This document shows positions 50,131 to 57,669 of a DNA stretch of 64,000 bases, piece after piece. A program made the translations under genes and the position numbers. Location of the stretch: contig DASRSV010000018.1 in the NCBI GenBank assembly GCA_035656255.1, forward strand, positions 68,384 through 132,383. Direction: 5' to 3'. The DNA is from Thermoplasmata archaeon (GTDB lineage Archaea > Thermoplasmatota > Thermoplasmata > Lutacidiplasmatales > UBA184). Under the pieces are notes generated by a model. The model saw only the letters and a list, made by a program, of their open reading frames with translations, was not told the origin of the DNA and did not search any database. Position 1 is the stretch's first letter. Each line of letters begins with the position of its first letter.

Positions 50131-51240
50131 ATGCCGGGCGTCTGCCGTAGCCGCGACCTCAAGGTCGCCTGGCACCTCCAACGGGTCGCCCCCGACATCC
50201 TCCCCGCGGAGGAGCCGCTCGAGGGATTCGACAGCATTCTCCAGGGCTCCGACCCGATGCTGAGGTTTCAGCTCCGGGAGCTCCTCGCCCCAGGCAAGCT
50301 CCCGCGCGTACGGTCCGGTGCCGTCGCGCCGCTCTTCCAGGGTCCGATCGCTCTGGTCGCTCTCGACTTCGGTGCGAGTTCGGGCGGGCCGAGCCTGAGC
50401 GACCCCGATGTCGCGGTCGCGGGGACGTTCGTTTCGAAAGCGCTTGGACCGATCGCCGCGTACGCGTCCCAGTACGGCCCCACCGCGCCGGCCTGGATGG
50501 GCCCGGCCCGCCAGTACCCGGTCGCCGCCGCCGGCGCGCGATACAACGACGCGCAACTCCGGGCCTGGGTGAACACCCTGGTCGCCCCGGGCGCGCCGGC
50601 CGCCGGAGCGGCGGCCCTCGTCGTGCTCAATCCGCCCGGTGCGCTCAACACCGACGCGGACGCGACCCAGGGCGTGCTCGGTTACCACGGGCTCGCGACC
50701 GTCCCGTACGGCTTCGTGAATGTGACCGCCGCGGGGCTCGACCTGAACGATCGCGCCGACCGGTTCGCGCTCGCCCTGAGCCACGAGATCGCCGAGCTCG
50801 TCGTCGATCCGAGGGCCGACCTGAGCAATCCGGAGGTCTGCGATCCGTGCGGCCCGAACTGCCAGACGGTGTTCCGCGACTACTTCGACGATCCCGGAGG
50901 GTTCATTGCTAGCAGTACATCGTTCCCGCCAAGCCAGCCGTACGCGTTCTACATCAACGGGATCGTCCGGCCGCCGTCAGCGACCGCCTGCCCCGCGCCG
51001 GACTCTGCGTGCGCGTACGCGCCGCCCTCGGGCGACCGCGCCCCGGGCGGTCGCTGGGTCATCCGCTCGAAGAACGCCCGACGGTCCTTCTCCATCTGCT
51101 CGGGGGTGGGGTCCGCGATGTGCGTCGCGATCCCCCATTCGTGTCCGTACGGGTCGACGACGCGAGCGTACCGGTCGCCCCAGAACATGTCCATCGGGGG
51201 CATGACGCCCTTCGCGCCGGCGCTCACCGCCCGGTCGTAG
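50131..51240 (+). CDS. hypothetical protein; distal ~290 nt is antisense to the VOC gene, so the 3' extent is doubtful
   Basis: Protein-like stretch GVLGYHGLATVPYGFVNVTAAGLDLNDRADRFALALSHEIAELVVDPRADLSNPEVCDPCGPNC. No family recognised. Overlaps a confidently identified opposite-strand gene. Confidence 0.25.
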   Translation: MPGVCRSRDLKVAWHLQRVAPDILPAEEPLEGFDSILQGSDPMLRFQLRELLAPGKLPRVRSGAVAPLFQGPIALVALDFGASSGGPSLSDPDVAVAGTFVSKALGPIAAYASQYGPTAPAWMGPARQYPVAAAGARYNDAQLRAWVNTLVAPGAPAAGAAALVVLNPPGALNTDADATQGVLGYHGLATVPYGFVNVTAAGLDLNDRADRFALALSHEIAELVVDPRADLSNPEVCDPCGPNCQTVFRDYFDDPGGFIASSTSFPPSQPYAFYINGIVRPPSATACPAPDSACAYAPPSGDRAPGGRWVIRSKNARRSFSICSGVGSAMCVAIPHSCPYGSTTRAYRSPQNMSIGGMTPFAPALTARS

Positions 51241-51572
51241 AGGGCATCGGCGTCCTCGAAGTACAGGTGGATGGACGCCGTCGTGCCCCCGAGCGTTTTC
51301 GGCGATTTGGCGCCCATCGCGCCCGCCTCGTCGCCCAGGAAGATGCGTGAGTCGCCGATGCCGATCTCGGCGTGGGTGACCGTCTTACCGTCCGGCTCGA
51401 CATTCAGGACGAGCTGCTCGGCGCCGAGCGCCCGCGCATAGATTTCGATCGCCCGCGCTGCGTCGGGCACGATGAGCGCGGCCGTCACTGAGTGGTATCC
51501 GTCGGGGATCTTCTTCACGGACATCCTCAACGAGGGTTCCTCCGCGAGCTTCGTTCGCCGATAACGGTTCAC
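50949..51572 (-). CDS. VOC-family (glyoxalase/PhnB-like) protein
   Basis: YHSVTAALIVPDAARAIEIYARALGAE...VTHAEIGIGDSRIFLGDE...MFWGDRYARVVDPYGHEWGIA. Start is likely the internal ATG at 51524 (MSVKKIPDGYHS). Confidence 0.7.
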   Translation of the reverse strand: MNRYRRTKLAEEPSLRMSVKKIPDGYHSVTAALIVPDAARAIEIYARALGAEQLVLNVEPDGKTVTHAEIGIGDSRIFLGDEAGAMGAKSPKTLGGTTASIHLYFEDADALYDRAVSAGAKGVMPPMDMFWGDRYARVVDPYGHEWGIATHIADPTPEQMEKDRRAFFERMTQRPPGARSPEGGAYAHAESGAGQAVADGGRTIPLM

Positions 51573-51637
51573 CGGGCGAGCGACGTGGACGGCTCCTCTC
51601 CCCTCGGTTTGGCTTTCCGCTGGACGTCACAGGGTTT

Positions 51638-52468
51638 ATGGCACAGAGAGGTCGGTTTCCCGTGGCGCGGCCGCCGCCGATGTATCGGGTCGCCCGGGCC
51701 CTCCGTCGGGCGGGGCTGCTCGCGCTCGTCGTCATTCTGGTCTTTCTCGGGAGCGCCCTCGCCTCGGCCCTCTCGCTGCGGCCGTCCTCCGCCTCGGCCG
51801 GTGCCGTCCACGTCGCGCCGGCGGGGAACGACCTCTTCCGAGTGAGCGTCGCAGTCAATCTCTCGAACCCCACCTTCTACAGCCTCTCGAACGTGAAGCT
51901 CGAGGCCCGGATCGCCTTCCCGAACGGGTCGCTCCTGGCGCACGGCTTCTCGCCCTCGGTCGACGTCGCGCCGGGAACGACCGGGGAGGTTCCGCTCCGG
52001 TTCCTGGTCAATCTCTCGGACATCCCGGGAGCGGCAACGATGTTGACCCACGACCTCGAACTCCCTTCGTACCTGCGGCTGAGCGCAACGTATGCGACGC
52101 TCTTCGGGATCGGCGTGAACGCGTCGAGCAACGTGAGTTGGGGCGCCCCCTTCGCCAATCTCAACGTGACGCCCACTCCGCCCGTCCTCCTCTCGAACGG
52201 GACGCTCGCGGAGTCGGCCCACGTCGCGTTCGACGACCACGCGAACTACGCGGTCGTGGGGACGTTCGTCCTAACGCTGCGCGCGCCCGGCGGAGCTACG
52301 TGCGGAGCGGCGGCGATCCCGCTCAACGTCCCCGGGCATGGCTCCTACGCCTCCTCCCCGACCATCTACGCCCGCGCCGCCTGCGCCTCGGGCGGGGTCG
52401 ACCTTCTCGCCACGTTCACCGGCCCGACCCTCAGCCTCACGCTGCCGCCGACGACGGTCCCCCCATGA
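51638..52468 (+). CDS. signal-anchored, sequon-rich secreted hypothetical protein
   Basis: N-terminal TM AGLLALVVILVFLGSALASALS, then an Ala/Ser/Asn-rich ectodomain with many N-x-S/T sites. Confidence 0.5.
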   Translation: MAQRGRFPVARPPPMYRVARALRRAGLLALVVILVFLGSALASALSLRPSSASAGAVHVAPAGNDLFRVSVAVNLSNPTFYSLSNVKLEARIAFPNGSLLAHGFSPSVDVAPGTTGEVPLRFLVNLSDIPGAATMLTHDLELPSYLRLSATYATLFGIGVNASSNVSWGAPFANLNVTPTPPVLLSNGTLAESAHVAFDDHANYAVVGTFVLTLRAPGGATCGAAAIPLNVPGHGSYASSPTIYARAACASGGVDLLATFTGPTLSLTLPPTTVPP

Positions 52469-52938
52469 CGTCGGAGCTGGGCTCCCTCTCCATGAAACCC
52501 CCGATCGCCTCGCGCGTGGCCGTCGGGGTCGTCCTGCTGGTGATCCTTCTCGTCCTTCTCGTGGGTCTCCCGATCTACTTGGTTGGGCGCCTCTCGGGGT
52601 TCGGCGTGACCTCGGACCTCCCGCTCGCGGCCATCTCGACCGGCGGCGCCGTCCTCGCCGCACTCTGGGCGCTCGCCTACATGGTCAAGCCCACACGGGC
52701 GTACGGGCCCGTCTCGGCGGCGCGCGCCGTCGCCGCGATCGTCTACCTGGTCGTCTTCGCCCCGTTCGGCGCGGTCCACGCCCACCTGATGGGGGCCGCG
52801 ATCGACCTCACCTACGGCGACCTGTTCCTCGTCTTCCTCGCCCTGCCCGTCCTGGGCCTCGCCGCGGCCGCCGTGACGACGTACGAGGACGCTCGGCACC
52901 CGTTCGAGCGGCTGCCGTTCGATTTCCCTCCCCGGTAG
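52465..52938 (+). CDS. 4-TM integral membrane protein coupled to the upstream secreted protein
   Basis: ATG overlaps the upstream TGA (ATGA). Four hydrophobic helices (VAVGVVLLVILLVLLVGLPIYLV..., LFLVFLALPVLGLAAAAV). Confidence 0.5.
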   Translation: MTSELGSLSMKPPIASRVAVGVVLLVILLVLLVGLPIYLVGRLSGFGVTSDLPLAAISTGGAVLAALWALAYMVKPTRAYGPVSAARAVAAIVYLVVFAPFGAVHAHLMGAAIDLTYGDLFLVFLALPVLGLAAAAVTTYEDARHPFERLPFDFPPR

Positions 52939-52966
52939 CCCCGCCGAACGGCGGAAGGCCCGGTCG

Positions 52967-53398
52967 TCAGTTCACCGTCGTCCCGACGATCGTGATCGGG
53001 GTCCGGGGCTTGTCGCTCCCGTCGCGCGCCACGCGCGCGATCTTCTCGACGATGTCCTGGCCGCCCACCACGCGACCGAAGATCGCGTGCTTGCCGTCGA
53101 GCCACGTCGTCGGGGCGAGCGTGATGAAGAACTGGCTCCCGCCCGTGTTCGGACCGGCGTTCGCCATCGAGACGATCCCCGGGCCGGAGTGCTTGAGCTC
53201 GCGGTGGAACTCGTCACGGATCGTGTACCCCGGTCCGCCCGTCCCGTCCCCCTTCGGGCATCCCCCCTGGATCATGAATCCGGGGATCACCCGGTGGAAC
53301 GTCGTCCCCTTGTAGAAGCCCTTCCGGACCAGGTCGATGAAGTTCTGGGCGGTCTTCGGCACCCGGTCGGCGAAGATCTCGAGACGGATGTCACCCAT
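52967..53398 (-). CDS. cyclophilin-type peptidyl-prolyl cis-trans isomerase
   Basis: FHRVIPGFMIQGGCP, GSQFFITLAPTTWLDGKHAIFGRVV motifs. ATG giving MGDIRLEIF. The track ORF extends spuriously to 53887; the GTG at 53416 is an alternative start. Confidence 0.88.
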   Translation of the reverse strand: MGDIRLEIFADRVPKTAQNFIDLVRKGFYKGTTFHRVIPGFMIQGGCPKGDGTGGPGYTIRDEFHRELKHSGPGIVSMANAGPNTGGSQFFITLAPTTWLDGKHAIFGRVVGGQDIVEKIARVARDGSDKPRTPITIVGTTVN

Positions 53399-53475
53399 CG
53401 ACGTCGCCAGCGTCACTTCGGGGTTCCCGGTCACGGCGGCCCGGAACACGCCCGGTCCAAAAGGTCGGCGCTCCC

Positions 53476-53862
53476 TTAGTGGAAGTGCCGGTGGACCGCG
53501 ACCAAGTAGACGAGCACCACGAGGGTGATCACGAGGGGGAGTATCGCGAATTCGATGACATAGCCGATGAAGAGGATCCCGACGACGATGATCGAGAGAA
53601 CGAGCGCCCACAGTTCGAGATGCCAGAGCCCGCTCGCGACGACGAGCAGGACGATGGCGAAGACCAGGAGCAGGATCCCACCGAGGATCGCCCCGACGCC
53701 GCCGAAGATCGCGAAGCCCCCCACGATGCCGTGGAGCGCGGGGAGCAGGAGCAGGATGAGCGCGGCGATCAGGAAGATCGCCCCGACGATGCCGATCAGC
53801 ACCGCCAGGATCGCGACGCCGAGCGGGACCGCGCGCGTGGGGGCGACATAGCCAGTCGTCAT
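53476..53862 (-). CDS. small polytopic membrane protein (4 TM), function unknown
   Basis: 128 aa, almost entirely hydrophobic helices (GVAILAVLIGIVGAIFLIAALILLLL...), short charged termini. Confidence 0.55.
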   Translation of the reverse strand: MTTGYVAPTRAVPLGVAILAVLIGIVGAIFLIAALILLLLPALHGIVGGFAIFGGVGAILGGILLLVFAIVLLVVASGLWHLELWALVLSIIVVGILFIGYVIEFAILPLVITLVVLVYLVAVHRHFH

Positions 53863-53986
53863 CGGCCCAATGAAATGGGCCCGTCACCCGTCAAGAACCT
53901 TCCGGCGCCCCCCGCCCAACAAGCCATACTTATACCCGGGGGTCGGTCGATTTCGAGGTCACGTCCGACCTGCCTCAGGTCGTCGG

Positions 53987-54490
53987 ATGAATCGCACCAT
54001 CACCTTCCTCGGGCTCGCCGTTCTCCTCGGGGGCATCGGACTCGTCATCTACCCCCTCGTCACGTCGGGGTCGGAGGCGCTCGACATCGAGGTCGAGTCC
54101 GGGATCTTCGTTCTGCCGGTCGCGCTCTCCGTCCTCCTTTGGGGCGCCTCCGCCCCGGACCCCCGCGTGACGACCGTCCGGGGGGTCTTCGGGAATCCCG
54201 ACGAGAACCTCCTCCAGCGCCGCCTCGACCGGAACCCGGCGCTCGCCGCCGCCCGGTATCGGCCGAGTCCGAAGGAGCCCGTCAACTGCCGGTCCTGCTA
54301 CACGCTGATCGCCCCCGAACTCGCCGACTGCCCCCGGTGCGGTCGGCGCCGCGAGTGCCGCGGCTGCGGGAAGCCCCTGTTCTTCCTCGCCGGGGCCGTC
54401 CGCTGTGCCCCGTGCCTGCATGACGAGGTCTACTGTGACTGCCCGAAGGTCCGGCGGACCCCCCCGGCCGGCCGCGGATCGGCGCGATGA
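53987..54490 (+). CDS. membrane-anchored double zinc-ribbon protein
   Basis: Start at the ATG giving MNRTITFLGLAVLLGGIGLVIYPL. Two TM helices, then CRSCYTLIAPELADCPRCGRRRECRGCGKPLFFLAGAVRCAPCLHDEVYCDCP (eight or more Cys in CxxC pairs). Confidence 0.5.
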   Translation: MNRTITFLGLAVLLGGIGLVIYPLVTSGSEALDIEVESGIFVLPVALSVLLWGASAPDPRVTTVRGVFGNPDENLLQRRLDRNPALAAARYRPSPKEPVNCRSCYTLIAPELADCPRCGRRRECRGCGKPLFFLAGAVRCAPCLHDEVYCDCPKVRRTPPAGRGSAR

Positions 54491-55014
54491 GCGGGACGCT
54501 CGACGACCGGCTCCCCCGAGGAACGGCCGTCATGGGCAGCACGGTGGAGGTGCACTTCGACGGGGCCTGCCAGCCGCCGCGGGGCGGCGGCGTAGCGACC
54601 TACGGATTCACGGTCCACGGCGGAGGCTTCGCGTACGAGGAGAGCGGCCTCGCTGTGACGCCGTGGTCGCCGCACGCCACCAACAATGTCGCCGAGTACA
54701 CGGGGGCGCTACGGGCCCTCGAATGGCTCCGCGCCCGCGACTTCCGCGGCGCCGTGGTCGCTCGCGGCGACAGCCAGCTCGTGTTGCGTCAGATGAACGG
54801 CGGGTATCGGGTCCGCTCGGACCACCTCAAGGCGTACCACGACCATCTCCAGGAGCTCCGGCGCTCGTTCGCCGAGGTCCGCTTCGAGTGGGTTCCCCGC
54901 GAGGAGAACCGGCGGGCGGATGAGCTATCCAAGGAGGCGCTCGCGAAGGAGTTCGCGGTGGCCGGCCGACACCGGCCGCGCGTGAGTGGCGATCAGCCCC
55001 AGCGCACGGTGTAG
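54487..55014 (+). CDS. rnhA: ribonuclease HI (archaeal type-1 RNase H)
   Basis: VHFDGACQP..GGVATYGF, NNVAEYTGALRALEWL, RGDSQLVLRQMNGGYRV, FEWVPREENRRADELS. ATG overlaps the upstream TGA. An alternative start is the ATG at 54532 (MGSTVEVHFDG). Confidence 0.8.
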   Translation: MSGTLDDRLPRGTAVMGSTVEVHFDGACQPPRGGGVATYGFTVHGGGFAYEESGLAVTPWSPHATNNVAEYTGALRALEWLRARDFRGAVVARGDSQLVLRQMNGGYRVRSDHLKAYHDHLQELRRSFAEVRFEWVPREENRRADELSKEALAKEFAVAGRHRPRVSGDQPQRTV

Positions 55015-55614
55015 ACGAGGGTCCGCCCCTCGAGGGCGGCGCGGGCGCGGGCGGTGTCGACGAAGGTCGCGAACGCGGCTGCCGCCTCCGGACTCAGCCG
55101 GGGCCGGTAGCCGAACCCGCGGGGCGTTCCGGCTCCCAAGACCAGGCGTGGGCGGGGTGGGGCGGGCGGGTCGATGTACACGTCGGCGGCCGAGCGGCTC
55201 ATCGGCGCCCCCAATTCACGGCCCGATCGAGCATCTGCGCGAACGACGGCCCGACGGGAATGCGGGGCTCGTAGGGGCGCGGAGGCGACGGGCGGATCGT
55301 CGCCGAATCGTCGAAAGAAGTCTCGTTCCGCGCATCCCCCGGCGAAGTCACTTCGCGCAAGGACCTTCCCCGCATCTGTCAGACAGCTGTCATACATAAA
55401 TGCTAGACCTCGACGCGCAGAAGGGGGGTCGGACCGTAAATTCTCGTCAGAGATTCGCGGCCGACAAGCCGCCGACGCACCCCTTCGTTTCCAGTGGAAC
55501 TCGGAGCCGTTTCCGGCGCGCGGACGCAGTTTCCGCAGACACTGACGGCCGATTGTGTGCGGAACGCTGCCTCCCCCAGTCGGGTGAAGGAATCTCCCGA
55601 CGCTCTCGAGCTAA

Positions 55615-55623
55615 TGTGTATAT
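55615..55623 (+). promoter_or_regulatory. TATA-like AT-rich element (TGTGTATAT) upstream of the phosphoesterase gene
   Basis: AT-rich nonamer abutting the track GTG at 55624, which argues that GTG is not the start. The first downstream in-frame ATG is 55756. Confidence 0.35.
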
Positions 55624-55755
55624 GTGAGCACGGATACCCACCCCCCCTTGCCCGGCGAATTCGACAGAGCGGGGTCCGGGGGCTCCGGGGACGAGCTGAG
55701 GACGGTCGAGGGGCCATCGGTCGCGGCCGACGGGCGGGGGCGCAGGGATCCGGTG

Positions 55756-57597
55756 ATGGACGGCCGCTCCGGCTCCCCGATGCGGCGCCGGCGGGTCGAG
55801 CGAGCGACTCGGATCGCACTCCTGGTCGGTGTGGTGGGCATGCTCGGGGTCGTAGCCCCGGCGTACGGTGGGACGAGCGACCCGAACCGCGCCTTCGCGT
55901 TGGCCGGAACGACGAACAGCAGCTACCCGCTGTTCCCCGCCCCCCCGAACCCCGCCACCCTTCCGATCCAACACATCGTCGTCATCATGATGGAGAACCA
56001 CGACTACGACAACTACTTCGGCACGTACTGTCGGCAGACGGGCCCCGACTGCGCCTACTCAGCGTACGGGATCCCGACCGGCACTTGCGTCCCGAAGGAC
56101 CCCCTGCTTCCGACGCTCGGCTGCGTCGCGCCGTTCGCCTACCCGAACAGCACTCCCTACGTCCAAGACCTCCCCCACAACTGGATCTCGGCGCACTCGG
56201 CGTGGAACAACGGCAAGTTGAACGGGTTCTACCAGGCCGAGAGCTCGGGAGTCCTCCCCTTCGGGCACTTCAACGGCCAGACGATCCCGGGATACTGGGA
56301 CCTCGCGGAGCAGTACGGACTGGGGGACTACTTCTTCGGGAGCACGCTGTCGTACTCCCTCCCGAACCACTGGTTCCTGCTCGCGGGCGCGGCGCCGAGC
56401 GTCTCGGAGTCGTCGCAGTTCGGGGCGTCGGCGGCGACCACGCTGAGCGGCCCCGACGAGATGTATCTCAACGAGTCGAACGCGACACGCGCCATCGACG
56501 ACGTTCTGATCAACTCCACGGTGAGCTGGACCTACTTCGATTCGAGTCTCCACCCGACATACCGGGCCGCGATCAACGACCACACGCATGCCGGCGGCGC
56601 GTTCTCGTACTGGAACCCGCTCGCCGCGAAGGCCGAATCGTACCGCCCGGCGTTCGCCAGTCATTTCGTCGACCGGTTCCATGTGTTCTGGGATGCGGCG
56701 AACGGCACGCTGCCGAACGTCTCGTGGGTCATTCCGCCCATCAACAACTCCGACCACCCACCGTTCGACGTCCATCTCGGCCAGTCGTACGTCCTGTCGC
56801 TGGTCGATGCGCTCGAGCGCTCGCCGGAGTGGAAGTCGACCGCGATCTTCCTCACCTGGGACGACTACGGCGGTTTCTACGACCATGTCCTCCCGCCGTC
56901 GGTGGCGGGGACCTCGCTGTCGTTCCGAGCGCCGCTCCTCGTGATCAGTCCGTACGCTCGGCCGGGGTACGTCTCGAATCACCTCGGAGACTTCGAGTCG
57001 CTGCTCCGGTTCATCGAGTGGCGGTACGGGTTCACGAACCTCACCGGACGGGACGGAGCGGCGAGCCTCCCCCTCGAGTTCTTCGACTTCAACGCGACGC
57101 CGCGGGCGGCGCTGACGATCTCGAGCGCTGCTCCGGCCGCCTATCCGATGCCGCTGCAGCAGCTTCCCGCGCCGAAGGCTCCGACCAGCTTCTCGGCCTT
57201 CGGATCGTTGGGCGGAGCGGTACTGCGTTGGACACCGCCGAGCGGCGGTACCGCCCCCGCGTACTACCTCCTCTCGTGGTCGACCACGGGCAAGATCTCC
57301 GGCACCTCCACGGCGCGGGTCGACGGGGCGGCCGACGGGTACGTGTTGACCGGGCTCAAGGCGGGGAGCCGGTATTCGTTCACCCTCGAGGCGTTCGCGG
57401 CGGGGGGTCACTCGACCTCGGTGAAAGCCGGGGCCACGCCGATCGTACCGTTCGGCGGCGGGGCGCCGGCGGCGAGCGGACCGGCCGCGCGCTTCTCGAT
57501 GTCGACTCTCGGCGCGACCGTCAGCGGTCCCGCGTGGTCCACGGGGTCCGGCGGCCGGATCCCGCCGGGGAAGGAGCTCCGGCCGAATACGTATTAA
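55756..57597 (+). CDS. secreted PF04185-type phosphoesterase with C-terminal fibronectin type III domain
   Basis: [51 protein letters not shown] blocks. Signal-anchor [21 protein letters not shown]-terminal [24 protein letters not shown]...[18 protein letters not shown] (FN3). Start trimmed from track 55624. Confidence 0.75.
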   Translation: MDGRSGSPMRRRRVERATRIALLVGVVGMLGVVAPAYGGTSDPNRAFALAGTTNSSYPLFPAPPNPATLPIQHIVVIMMENHDYDNYFGTYCRQTGPDCAYSAYGIPTGTCVPKDPLLPTLGCVAPFAYPNSTPYVQDLPHNWISAHSAWNNGKLNGFYQAESSGVLPFGHFNGQTIPGYWDLAEQYGLGDYFFGSTLSYSLPNHWFLLAGAAPSVSESSQFGASAATTLSGPDEMYLNESNATRAIDDVLINSTVSWTYFDSSLHPTYRAAINDHTHAGGAFSYWNPLAAKAESYRPAFASHFVDRFHVFWDAANGTLPNVSWVIPPINNSDHPPFDVHLGQSYVLSLVDALERSPEWKSTAIFLTWDDYGGFYDHVLPPSVAGTSLSFRAPLLVISPYARPGYVSNHLGDFESLLRFIEWRYGFTNLTGRDGAASLPLEFFDFNATPRAALTISSAAPAAYPMPLQQLPAPKAPTSFSAFGSLGGAVLRWTPPSGGTAPAYYLLSWSTTGKISGTSTARVDGAADGYVLTGLKAGSRYSFTLEAFAAGGHSTSVKAGATPIVPFGGGAPAASGPAARFSMSTLGATVSGPAWSTGSGGRIPPGKELRPNTY

Positions 57598-57669
57598 TGG
57601 GGGCTCGCTCGGGAAACCTCCGCCGGCCGAGACCGACGGTCGAATCATGATTTTCCGGAGGTCCCCACC

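Noticed and set aside
47135-50150. Minus- and plus-strand ORFs (47135..48022, 47391..48410, 48793..49674, 48981..50150) over pepN
   Set aside because: Alternative-frame/antisense shadows. pepN carries GAMEN and HExxH-18-E motifs on the minus strand in a different frame.
54993-55397. 134-aa minus-strand ORF in the long rnhA/phosphoesterase spacer
   Set aside because: Its start codon is embedded in an AT-rich TATA-like island, it overlaps the rnhA 3' end, and it has Arg/Ala-rich composition without motifs. Kept only as part of the spacer finding.
55494-57650. 718-aa plus-strand ORF and 529-aa minus-strand ORF 56059..57648
   Set aside because: Alternative frame or antisense of the phosphoesterase gene. 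Junk composition.
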